Below, piece after piece: positions 11,382-25,427 of a DNA stretch of 64,000 nucleotides. Origin of the DNA: Chrysomallon squamiferum (taxonomy: Eukaryota > Animalia > Mollusca); the NCBI GenBank assembly GCA_012295275.1, contig CM022671.1:33170001-33234000 (forward strand), in the 5' to 3' direction. The translations under genes were made by a program, and so were the position numbers. Within the stretch, counting starts at the first letter, position 1, and every line of letters starts with the position of its first letter. Under the pieces are notes generated by a model. The model ran no database searches, was not told the origin of the DNA, and saw only the letters and a list, made by a program, of their open reading frames with translations.

Positions 11382-14300
11382 TCAAAACACAAATATGATA
11401 ACTACTGAAATGATCATCACACACCACTGGACAAATGGGACTGCTGCACCACATGCTGAAAAAGATAAATAGTATTTTACTCAGTTCACCTGAAATTTTA
11501 TAATATATTCCATATTTATCACACAAGAAGCTGAAACTATATTAAAAAAAAAAAAAAATACCATCATTTTAAACATCTGTAATCCTTGTCATTGTGTTAT
11601 GCTGTATCTTTATATTACTCTCTTTGAGTCAGTTTTTTCTCTATATTATATTTTCCATTACTGTTCTACTCACACTTAGTAGTTACATGTGCTCACTATT
11701 GTTCTTATACTCTTTCTCTATTTTCTAATTCTCTCTCTCTCCAAATGTCTTTCTATTTATCTAATTAATATTTGAGAATAAAATATTTAAAAAAAAAAAA
11801 AAAAAAAAAAGATAAAAAGAAAAGAACACAAAAAAAGTACTTACTAGCATCAGTTAGATCTTCTTGCCACGATTTTTTGTCACCACGAATGTCACAAACC
11901 AAACAGTTACTGTACGGGAATCTTCCACCTTTCTGAATGCACTGACCATGCACTGTACAGTAATCCTCCTGCAAATATGCAAAAAAAATAATGACATAAT
12001 TTATAGACATTTATTATTCATGCTTTTAAACATTTCAAAATAATTATCACTGAATAAATTTAAAAATAAATCAATATAAGTGAATAAATAAAATACTATC
12101 TCTCTCTATCTCTCTCTCTTTGTGTGTGTGTCAGATTTGTAATGTGAAAGATATACTTTCATACTCTGCTGCTATGTAAAAATATGAAGTACTAACTGCC
12201 ACTGTACACTGTACAGTACTGTTGACAATTTTACACGTTTGACAAGTGGAGTTGTAGATAACAACTACGCTCTCCTCACTGTACACAATGCCGTTGTTGG
12301 ACACAGAAACAAGGTAAGCAAGAGGATCATCCACTGCTGGGGCTCCAAGTACTGATCTCTTGTTTCGAAGAACTGGGAAGCCACAGTTAATTTGGAAAAT
12401 ATTTTCTACATGAGCAGTTACAGAGTGTGTGTTGGACGCATCAGAAACATCATCCTCCTTTTCCTGTGGTAAACAAAAAAGTTTTATTTTTTTTGTAAAA
12501 CAGTATGAAAATGCACCAATAATTTGATCTATATTTAAACTATACCTGAAAAAAAATAACAAAAAACATTGATAAATAATTATTATATGAAAAGTTTCCC
12601 CTCTTCTGGAATCCACTGAACAGTAGTATAAATTACTGTGCAATAATTCAAACAAAGTGAGCATTAATGATAGATACCTTAACACCTCGAAATCTGCAAA
12701 TGGCACTAGGATTGTCAACAAAAGTGTCTCCAAACAAAGTTATTTCAGTGCAGGAGTCTTCATTGAGATCACAAAGACCTCCAAAATCTACTTCACTTAT
12801 CACTGGAGGAGACAACACATCAACAGAACAATCTGGTCCTGAGAAGTTTTCGTTACAGTTACAAGAGCCTGTTGTAGAAAAAAGGGACAAATTATAATAC
12901 CCAAGCAGATAGAAAAATAGATTTAAAGTTTAAACCTATAACACACCTACCCACACCCACACCCACAAATAATACACACACATATACACACAATGTAAAA
13001 TGGATTACACCTCAATGTAACATTATTTTTACTGATTTTTAAACATTGCTCTTCTTTTTCAAAGTTCTGAATTAGACTCAAGACTGTAAAATAAAGGAAT
13101 ATGTGTGTGTGTGTTTTGAAAAACAATGACATTTGATTACTGTGGCATCATTCATCAAAACCCTTTCATTTAAAAAAATCAAATAATAAACATTTTGAGA
13201 AATGTTCATGCACTTTTATTTATCTGCTTGTACAACAAGTAAAATATAATGTATAAATTCTACCATTGATACAGACTCCATGTCCTGAACAACCACTCGA
13301 ACAGGTGACTCTGAAAACTTGGTCAAGCAATGATTCCCCATCTTCTTCTTTCTGCTGATAAGTGGAGTTCATGACCACCATTTCCCGCGTAAATGTTTCA
13401 ATAGCATCGACAGCAGCATAGAAAAAAGTTGTGTTACCAGTTGCCTTAATGTAAAATATGAAAACAATTAATAATATAAATTTAGAAGAAAAAAAAAGGA
13501 TTGTTAAGTTTTGGTAGAAAAGCAGTTTGAAAACTTTCTAATTTTAATAACATTCAGAAGTTTAAAATAGTTTGAAATATATATTACCAGTAGTTGTCAC
13601 TAGGCTTATTTCCAGCTCTATAATTACCACACATAATAATTTGTACTAGATAACAATACAAATTTACCCAAATATCAAGGTAGTACTAAAATAAAATATA
13701 AAAAAATCACCCAGATGTCAATGTTTGTATTAGTTACTAATGAACATAGACTAACCCAGATGGACTAACAAACACTTATCCAGATTTTATAATCTGTACC
13801 AGATACAACAAACCACAGACTTACCCAGATGTCAAAGACACAGTCTCTAATGCTGTTGATGATATTAAACTCTGGGATGTTTTTAGACAGTTGTACAGAA
13901 GGAAGAGAATTTCAAGTGTTTTTCACAGTATTCAGTTGCAGACTCATTGGTCCATCCATTTAGCCAAGCCTCTGCCTCCTGTTAAGTACAGTTATAATAA
14001 TATACAAAAATAAACCAAAACATCTTTAATACATAATTATTATAATAATAATTATATTATAGAAAATTAATGATATACAAACAAAACAATTCTGAATGCT
14101 GTATAAGTTATAAATATTAATTTTATTACTGGATTATTGTGCATCTATTATTTATTTTTAAATGATATAAATACAATTAACATCATAAAGGATATGCATA
14201 TTTAAGCATTTTATATAATTAATAATATTATTACTGATTTTTATATACACTTGTGTTCTCTATGTCTTCAAACACTTACCCTCTTTTCCACTCTAACTGC

Positions 14301-15582
14301 ATTTAGGTTTGGAGTATATTTTGGTTTCCTGACTGATCTTTTCTTTATGGCATGAATTTTACATCGTTTTGGATTTGGTGGAACTTCGTTATTGGGCTGA
14401 TCTTTTCTGCAGTTTGTTACTTCTTGCTTTGGACCACAAAGAATTTCTGAACATGGTGGATTTTTACAGTTTCTGCAGTTGCAGTATGATTTAGCCTGAT
14501 CCCAGTTCTCCAACTGTCCATAGTTCTTAGATTCAAACAGGTTGTTTTCACTGTCCACACTACAATATATAAATGTTCAATATTGCTTTAACTGTCCACT
14601 CAACAATATATATAAAAATGTTCAATATTGCTTTCAGTGTCCACTCTACAATACACAAATGTAAAATATTGCTTTAAATGCCTACTCTTCAATACCACCT
14701 TTGTTAAGACTATAAAAAAGCTTTCAAAGAGGGACTAACATTTAACTTTTTATTCTATTATTTCATACATTAAAATGTAGAAAAAAATGAAAGGAAAAAA
14801 GAAATGAAAGAAAAAGATTCCTGAAAATAAAAATAACAACTTGATAATAATTTATAAGATTTTGTTTATTGTGTAATTTTTCAAAAGAAAAGTGTTATGA
14901 AAATATGGGAAGTGTCATCCTCTCTATTTGATGGGTACTTGTTATTTGTTTATTATAAAAAACAGAAACAATCCCTAAGACAAATGTATCAGTATCTTGG
15001 GTAAAAAATATCATAGTCTGCTTAAGCATTTATACATCCCAACAAAATGTTTTCTTTAAGTCATTTTCATAAATACCAAACGTTAATAAAAATCACTCAA
15101 CAAATGATAAAAGGATAAACCTACAATAAAACTTATATGTCATATGTCAGTATTAATCAGTCAAGCACAATCGTACAATCTCTTATAATTCACACACGTT
15201 ATTTAATACACCAGCATGCATTTTCAACATGATCTATGATTATTAGCAATATAATTGAAAGATTTATTTTTATAATGATGCAATAGAATAGCAACACTAC
15301 TGTGATTATACCTCCATGAGTTGGAAAATTGAGGACCCCGAGTTGATTGTGTTTCATCTCTTAATACAAAATCATCAGCCTGTGAATTGGAAAACTTGCC
15401 ACAAAGTCCTCGACTGTTTTCAATGTCATGAACTGATGGTGTTATATAGACATTAAATAAATGGCTTCCATGGAAATGTACAAGTGTTCCAGTGGGAATC
15501 AAAACCTGTTAAACACAAATATTATAGTGATTTTATTTTACTGAAAACAACTACACAGATTTTATTTTAATTTTTTTTTTAC

Positions 15583-15621
<39 letters not shown>

Positions 15622-18600
15622 GATAGCCATATTATTGCCAACAGTAAATGTTTAAATAAACCTTTGTAATCAGAGGACAATATGTTTTACAATGAATTAA
15701 TCATACACTTGTGAATGTATTTTTAAAAAAAACATTTAATTTATTTTCATGTAATTATTTTATTTTTAGACACCTTTTCTGCTAGTAATAAAGTATTGCT
15801 ATATACTAATAAGACTAAATATTATTATGTTGGACACCATTTTCCTTTCACATATAACTAAAAATAAAAATTTCAAGTATATTACTGTAGCTGCCACATC
15901 ATTAATTTCTAAAAGATAATTACTGTACATATTTAGACATTTTTAAATATCATGTATTTTGGTTTGTAATCAGAGAATGATGTTTAATAATGAATTAATC
16001 AAGTACTTTAAAAAAAACATTTGTATGTATTTTTAAAAAAATACCTTTTATTTATTTTAATGTAATTATTTTATTTTACAAACCTACTTCTGCTAATAAT
16101 AAAGTATTGCTACAAAATAATAAGTCTACATATTATTATTTTGGAAACCATTTTTTTTTTCTTTTTCATTTCACATACAACAAACAAAAAATAAAAATGT
16201 GAAGTGAATAACTGTAGCTACCAAAACATTAATCTCTAAATGATAATTATTGTACATAATTGGACACTTTTGAATGTCATGTATTTTTGCACTGTTTTAC
16301 TATTTTTATTACCAAGCATAATGTCCAGATCAACATAATATATGTATTCCTCTATTCAATTTTTATATTATTATTATTACTTGATAATCAGCATCATTTT
16401 TCTTCCTGACATCCAAGACATCATCAACATCATCACACAGAGTGAATTCCAGTCTTCTGTGACCACGACATCGTTGAACCACAAACACAGACCTTCCTGC
16501 TCGTATAGCAATACCACACACACAGAAAGCACGGTTATTGTTACAAGGTGTTGTTTCTATCTGCACCTGTTATGTATAAAGGAGTTAGTGAAATTGTAAA
16601 GACACCGTCTGTAAGTGGCAGCAAAAAAATATGGATTTTTTTCACCTTTGTTTTTGAGGGTGTATTTATTTATTTTTTTTTTTTTTTATTTTATTAAAAC
16701 ATATATAACTGAATTTTTAATTAGGAATATGTAAGGCAGATAATAAAGTTTTAAGATTTCTTACAAGAACATAATATATTTTATCTATTTTATATTTTTT
16801 CATTAAATCAGTTTCTGATGACAGATCATTTATTAATGCTTTTTTTAATGTATATTCGTAATGATACCAAGAGATCTCACAATAGTTCATTAACAATCCA
16901 AAATAATTAACTATGACTAAACATACACCTGTAAGCAAACAGAATAGTTTTTACGATAGTTCTTTCATTACCTCACATGTTCAAATTAAATACTATTTTA
17001 TTAATGTTTTCTGCTGGTTGTATGTTTGTCATTGTCTATAAATGAATTTTGTTTACCTCAACTTGGTGTTTTATGTTGGAATAGAGAGTGAAAGTTCCCA
17101 GGTACTGGTGTTCATAATATCTGGGAATTAAAAAACAATATGAAAATTAATAAAAATAGAAAGATAAAGGAATAACAAATTTAATATTAGTATTTACAGC
17201 ATTAAATACTACTTTTATTTCAACTAGTTGCATAAAAAGTATCTTTTAAACAGTCCACTTCCACGGAACTGTTATTTATTTCTTCATAGCAGCCTTTGCT
17301 GATTATAAAATGGGATCAGATGAAAACAACAAGCACAAACAAAGATTATGCTACTCCTCTCATCTTTAGTGACATCAAGTAAAAAGAAAAACTGTGTTTA
17401 TTACATAGAAAGATTTTATTGTTAACAAAAGTTAATTTAGGGGGCCATTAATTTGTGATTTTACTGTAAATGAAATCTGGTGGCAATAATGTAAATATTA
17501 TGCACAGAAAAAAAAAAATAATAATAATAACAACAACAACAACAAAGAAGATTAACTATTTGTTATAACATTTATGTACTTACACGCCATCAAATGTCAA
17601 CATATGAGGATCACTGACTGCATGGCATATTTTCCCTCCTATCATCGTTGTGTCCACATGTGTTTCAACCTAAAACATAAAATTATATCTTTACTCTAAC
17701 TAAGATATAACCTCTGGACATTTCCAAGTGATTGTGTATGAAAACATGAAATGATGCAAAAACACACACACAAAAACAAAATGGTGTCCAAGGTTTGTTA
17801 GCTTACAGCTACATTTCAAATTTAGCAGAGGTTTTTAATGAGTATCAAAAAACAAAATATCTCAAACCCTGAGCCACCCTATTGTTTAAAATAAATACTA
17901 AATAACAGTTATCCTTTGATCTAAGTTTTTAAATAGTAATGATATAATAATATTAAAAAATAGAAAATTTGAAAAAAACAAAGGAAGGAAAAAGGCAGAA
18001 AACACTTTTTCAAAGAATAATTCAAAAAGAAAATTAAAAAAACGAAAATTTAAAAAAGGCAGGAAAAAAAAGCAGAGAGCACAGTAATATTAGAAACAAA
18101 TTTTCAAAGAATAATTTAAAAATGTTGTATCATACTATAACAGTTCCAAATGAATCATATCTGGACCAGATATTGTGATGTAGAAATGTTCCTGTTCCAA
18201 GTTTTAATGTCATTGTTGAAGTGGTTTTTTCAACTGACTTCACATTATTTTTCATCTTGACAGTAAAACTGTGTATTCTCTCCCATTCTTTGCTGTTCAC
18301 TTTTTGTACACAGTCAGATGGTTTGAGAATTTCTCCTTTACATACATTAATCTGAGTATTTTCTAGAAGAGTCACTCCCAATGAACATGGTCTGTTATTA
18401 AAACAACCAAAAGGGGCAGTCAGTTGGAACTTGACCTCACCAGTATCACCAGGTTTCAAACTTATTGTTGTTGTTAGAAGCTGGAAATAAAAAATTGAAA
18501 TAAGTTGTTTTCCTGAGTAATATATGGAAATGTAAATTCATATATTTATCATTTATAATAAACTATTTCACGCATGTTAAATAACTATCAATTTTTTAAA

Positions 18601-18912
18601 CTTTCATTGGAGTTATTTCTAAATAAACCAGATTAAGAAATAAAAACCAGTCAAGCTACATGTTATTTTTGTGTCTACTTACCTTTATTCCTACATAGCG
18701 AGCCTTGCTCAGAGTCAGTTTACTGCCTTCAGAGTCTTCTTTGTAGCTTGCTCTTACACCACAGCTTACCTGAAAATTTACAAAAATATACATTATAAAT
18801 ACATTACATAAAAACATATCAATTCACTCATATATATTCATTATTTATAACAGAATATTTGAATTTTACACTAATACATATATACATTATTATGATGTCA
18901 TCCATACACTGG

Positions 18913-18943
<31 letters not shown>

Positions 18944-21900
18944 GAAGCAACACAGACATGTTCATATAAAAATACATAAATATGCAAAATCACAGCCATG
19001 CATACATGCAAATAGTAATACACAGATATAATTATGCAGAAATAAACATATTAACACAAATACATTAAATGCAGACATCCATACATACAAGACATATGAT
19101 GGCATGAGGCATTATCATCATGATTATTATGCAAGTTAGTTAAACAGTAAGGGCAAATGATTCAAAGCAAAAAATGAATTATATACAAAATAATAATAAT
19201 AATAATCATCATCATCATCAATATTATTATTATTACTATTATTATGTCAATATTTGGAAAATAATAAATTCTATCTTTCTCAAACAAACAAAAATTAATT
19301 TAAATTAAATAAAATTAAAAAATAAACAATACAGAAATAGTTTATATATTACTCACATAAAAACCCACAGTGGTTATGCCTTTTTCAAACAGAGTTGTCT
19401 CACTTAGTTTGTTGTTCTGATCTTGGTTCTGCCAGAGATATGGATCAGAAGTAGATAAGAATTTGTTATCAATATACCAATAAATCTTGTAGAACAGATT
19501 TTCAGCAGATTTTTCAAAGTTACAGGAAAAACTGAACTTCAACAGTTTTCCATCTTTCAACCAAATCCAAACCAATGGTAGGTATGTTGGAGAACTGAGG
19601 AACTATATAATTAAAAATAATATTAAGAATAATAATAATAATCAGAAGAATAAGAACAACAACAAGTGAAATAAATAAATATGTAGCATTTATTAAGCAA
19701 TATAACCTTGTATATTTCAACATGACTTAGGTTTGTTTCTGTTAATATGATTTATCATGCATACATAACTTTTGTATACTTTCACATCATCTTTTATTCA
19801 CTGATACTCACATTTAAATTAATGTTTAATAATAGTGAAGTATAACCAAAATAAATACTGTCAAAGGTGCATGGAAATTAGACAGTTTTCTTTCTGTGAT
19901 GTATTTTCATTCAAGAAAAGTAAAATCATCCACAATGCCACCAACCCCCCCACCAAAAAAAAAAAAGAAGAATTACCAAGGAAACAACTTTGGAATTACT
20001 TATTCCATCCATTACTGTTTTTGTTTTTTTAAATTATCTTTTTGGTTTGTGGTTTTTAAATATAAATTATTATGACTGTCATTCTTTTTTTTTTTAAAAC
20101 CCACATTAATATAACCATATTCCTCCTTTTTTACTGGTCTTTCTTATTGGCATGAGTTAATGGTATAAACAAATGAAACTGCACATTATTTTTATTTACA
20201 AAAAGAACATTTTAATGGTAACTAGAATTTGTAGATTTTCAACTCAAAATCAAAACCTTTCACTAGGTTAGAGAATGATAATAAATAACAAAAACATTAC
20301 AACTTACCATTAGCTGCAGAACCTGCAAAATAAAATCAATTGGGTATAGAATAAATAAACAATGAATACCTGATTTCTAAATGAAATCAGTGTATCATTA
20401 ATTTAAAAGATAAACAGATGGTTCCAAAGTAGAAATATTAATAACCTAGTTAAATTAAGTCACTTTACTGAAACTGAGCAGTTTATTTATTTATTTATTT
20501 GCTCTTTTTGTTTGTTTGTTTGTTTGTTTATTTCATTATAATCATTATTATTATTATTATTATTATAATGCTTACTCAAACAATAGCCAGAATCTGATGG
20601 AGTTTGTTTGAGATAGTACACTTTGTGTGTTTCACAGTTTATGGCTTGCACAGTAAATGGATTTTCACACTCATTCTTCACCTGTATGCACATAGTCACA
20701 GTCAATTTTCCTTTTGCATTTGTCACCTCTGAAATGTATTTTTCCATTAATCAACAATGTATATATTGAATATACACTCTCACAAAACATTACATTTTAT
20801 TCAGTAGTGTAATTATAATTCTATCTAAAAGCAGTATGGTTAAAAACACCATGACACTAGTTAACATTAAATATATACAGGAAAAATCGTTATCATTTAT
20901 ACTGAAAACCAATATATTGCGTGGACCAAAACAAACACAATGAACTATATATATAACACTTCTATCTCAAAAACAACATTACATCATTAAAGTATTTGCT
21001 ATTGTTTTAAAATTTCAAGCTAATATCTCTGATAGTAGTTTTTGGATACTACAGCATCATGTCACTTGCTGTATTGCAGTGGCACCTATCAATCAAATGT
21101 CATCTGGCAAAGAGTCTTCATGGACTATTTATAGACAGAGATACTGCCATACCACCCCCCCAGGACAGAACCCTCCATTTAAAAAATAAACAGGGAGGCA
21201 AAAGATTTCCTCCAATGGAAATGCAAGGTAGGACAAAAGCTCCCCAGTCAAAAAGAAAAGAAGTTAAAAAAAAAAATTCAACCACCATTTAATAGTTTCA
21301 CTGATAATTAATTATCATCATCATGCAATTTATGTAATTTGTTAGTCTTTCAAATAAATTAAGTGTGATCAGCTTTAATAACTGACTAACTTTAAAAGTA
21401 AACCCATAATTAGCATACATGTAATAGGATTCCTTAGAAAATAGTTTTGTCATTAAGTATTAGTATCTTTTGGGAAATTATATTCAGTTTTCAAAACAGT
21501 GAAATTCTCAAAATATATTATGGTATGTTATCTCATTTTGTATGACTGAATTTGATAAAGGTATCTTCTATCATTGCTTTAATAAACTGGTTCTTTGCAA
21601 AGTCCTACTATACATTCCATCTGGGGACTTTTGTCCTACCTTGCAAATCCACTGGGGGGGTTTGTCTGCCTGAATATTTTTGGACTGTAGGGGGGGGCTT
21701 TTGTCCTGAGGATTTATGTCCTACATTCAGTCAAAGTATTGGGATTTGAAAAAAAATAAAAATAATAATTTTAGTTATTTTAGTCTTGGTTTTCATAACA
21801 TTGCATCCAAGATGGCATTCCTGAGTTTGCATAATGATTTGACTGTCATTAAGTTTCGTGGAGAAAGCTTGTTGCAGTGCTAGAATCATGAAAGAATCAA

Positions 21901-23111
21901 AAACAAATCTTGCCTGATTGATATGGTTCAAGTATACTTTCCAAAGTGGTCTTATTATTGATTTAAATCTAATTTAAAATCCTACAGTATCATAATATCC
22001 ATATACGTGACCAAAATCTAATTTAAATACATTTCATTTATATTTAACTGTATAAAATGACATTCATAAAAGAAAATGTGTATCTCCTTAGGCTTTTTAT
22101 TTTACTATTCTTTAAACAGGAAAGGCTAATGAAACGCAATATATTTTGGTCATTCGTTTATTCGTTTGTGCCTCTGAACTTTTAAAAATGCATCTTAGTT
22201 TTGGTTGAATAGTACTTACCTTCCTTTGCCCATATGGGAAAAAATGTCCCACATTTGTACGGTCCCGGTGGAGCTGATGCTATTTCAACGTTACTTCCAT
22301 ACCACCCTTCTGTGATATATCGATCATTAATTGGAGAATCTGATTCTCCCACTTCATAATTGACATCACGCCTTTCTTCGTTTGGAAACGGAGAATAGTT
22401 GTCACAGGGTTCGCCTACGATAAATTTACATATTACTCAAATATTTTCTTTATTTTTAAAGATTACAGTCTAATATCATTTGTGGCATATATATTATAAT
22501 GTGTGTGTGTGTGTGTGTATGTTTAAAAGCCAAACATGATATTAGAAATCTTTAAATATAAAAAAAAAAATACATACACCCTATATTGTTTGTCACTGTT
22601 TTAATAGCAGTTTCGGATTTGTATAATATAACAGTATTAACGGGGTGGGCGTAAACGCTTGGATTTGTTTTGTTTGATTTTTTTTCTTCTTTTTTTTCAA
22701 TATATTTTTAAATCAGTTAATTAATTTATTATTATTGTTGTGTTGTTATTTTTTACCCCAATCTGTATCTATAATTCTGTAAGTAATAAATGACCTTTAG
22801 CTCATCTTTTTTCCTTTCTTTTTAGTGTAGTTTAGTATATATATGCTTTAAATATAGTGAATGATCCTTTAATAGAAGTTGGCTTCTACGCATGCGTTTT
22901 GTAATTCATCATCTAGGAAGTTAATATTGGACCATATTCGGTTTGGTGAGTAAAATATTTTCCACATTAATTTTCATATTTATTTATTTATTTTTAGATA
23001 ACTGAAATGCATGACCTGTAAAATTTAGATTGATACATTAATACTATATTATTAATGCTTTTAAACATAGGTATATATACACCAAAATATTAACATAATA
23101 TTTAGAATGGA

Positions 23112-23148
<37 letters not shown>

Positions 23149-24272
23149 TAAATAAAATAAAAATAAATAAATAAATAAAATAAACTGAAGAAGAAGACAG
23201 GATTCTAGATTGTTTGGATTCAACGACTCGGACCAGGTACGTTACTGAAACAGTACTGTAAGTCATTCATTTTACATTTTTTATTATTCCGATTGCCATT
23301 TCACAACACTGAATATGTAAAAAAGCTATATTGCTGTAATTCAACATGTTATCACATTATTGCACCTTGGGGGGTAGTGTTCAGTTACTACCTGGTTATA
23401 AAATCCAACCAATCAATGAATCGCGAATTAAATTATGCAATACATTTCTTAATAGATAGATGGATGGACAATTAATGAAACCTGTTAATGAAACCTGGTT
23501 TCATCCTGTTAACGATCCCAATGCTGTTATAAAATTTAACTCTGGTTTTATCCTGTTTTTATTCGGGTTGCCCGAACTTTTTAGTAAAAGAGTTCTCCAT
23601 CCATCCATGTTAAGCAAGTTAACGCCAATGACCTAATTTTTATTCGGTTTACTTTTTAGAGATCATATTTTAATTATTTCATTGTGTTTGTAGTGTTTTG
23701 GTTAATTTCATATGTTCCAGTGCAAAAACACAATCGGTATTTTTAATAGGGTTCTCTATTTATTTTTTTATTTTTTATTGTAACTATGTGTGTGTGTATG
23801 TGTGTGTGACGGATTATAGACGTTTGTTACATCGATGTCCGAGATTTGCCGAATTAATCTTAAACTCAAGCGCTGATAAAAATATTCCAATATTATTATT
23901 ATTTATTATTTATTATATTTTTTCGCTTTTTTTAAAATTTATTTTTAACTGTTTTTGAAATATATTTGTAAATTTGAGTTAATTTTGACATAGAAATCAA
24001 ATATTTAATGGTAACGAATTTTAATTCTAATAATAACCTTTGTGACGCCTTTACTTAACCTATCCGAACATCTCTGTTCAGAAAGATGCAAAAATTAATT
24101 AAATAATAATAACAACAACAACAACAACAACAACAATAATAATAACAACAGCAACAACTATAATAATTATTATTAATAATTTAGTTCATACTTTTTTCCC
24201 CCTAAGAAAATAAATACTGTTATAATGATTTAAATGTCGGGGATATCGTTTATAGTATACATATAAAAATTG

Positions 24273-24308
<36 letters not shown>

Positions 24309-25387
24309 TCAGTGGACTCTGTCAGAACCAGATTCACTTGGGACAAACGAGATAGGCCGTTTTAGACAGAGGGCCGCTTTATAAAAATTGAAATAACATA
24401 AAATTGGAATATATTTTATTACAAAATTTACAGTTTTAACGTCTATCAAATGTCAGCGGAGAATCAGCCTGTCCCTGATAACCGCGATTATTTTTATTAA
24501 TTTTTTCCCTCCAAAGCAAACATCGGTTGCAAACGTAGCAGCAAAATATTTAATTTGTCTGAACATTTTAAAAACGTCAATGTACGAAAGTTCGGTCAGT
24601 GTGCGATAGTTTGCGTATATCCATTCAGATTTTTGAATTTGTCGATCGCTACTTCTTTCCTCTCTGCCGAAATATTCACTACGTTTTAAATTGCTTAGCT
24701 AAATTTAACAGTTTACACAGTGAGTTTGATGAAAACTATGATATTAATTTCACTTTAGACTGCTCAGAAAGTTCGATACGCTGTCGTTTTTGAAGCCGCT
24801 CCGTTATTACGACGAATTCCTCGCGTCGCACGCACCCGGTTAGGATACAGCTTAAAACAACGCAAAACGCGCAAATCTGAATGATTCAATTCACTTTGAT
24901 ATTAATAATAATCTTGTTATCTAGCAGCATACAGTAATTATATATATACCCTCGCACATACATACATATATTTTTTCAAAATTTCAAGAGAATGAAACGT
25001 GAAAATCACTTGAGATGCCACAAAGTTTATGCTATATTCCTTCTGTTTTTCTTTCTTTCTTTCTTTATTATTGTTGTACGCAGAGTATAATTTAAATTTT
25101 ATCTTTTTTAGTGACAGACAGACAAACAGTCAGAGCGAGAGAGAGACTGATCAGTGGAGAATCAAACATTTTGTTTTACATTTTATGCAAACACAGTTAT
25201 AAATAAATATCTATTAAAATTAATAAACAAGTTAAATGAATAACGAAGACCTATGGTGTAATAAAAGTAGAGAGAAAGAAGAAAACGAATGTGAATGCAG
25301 TTTTGATTGCGAAATTATAAAGAATCGAGAACAGAAAATGTCTAAACGCTCTTCTTCCGATCTTGTCAACTGTGATTCTTTTTTATC

Positions 25388-25427
<40 letters not shown>

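Noticed and set aside
11299-11526. Alternative last VWDE exon from the acceptor at 11490 (ELSKILFIFFSMWCSS...)
   Set aside because: Paralog comparison supports the acceptor at 11456 in another frame, giving the conserved 74-nt terminal exon.
19586-19602. Alternative acceptor (cctcag) as a rescue of the exon-5 frameshift
   Set aside because: It gives a 238-nt exon, which is still out of phase.
23380-23660. Short direct and inverted repeats (ttaatgaaacctg x2, ttttattcgg x2)
   Set aside because: Possibly an old transposon remnant, but I could not define termini or coding similarity.
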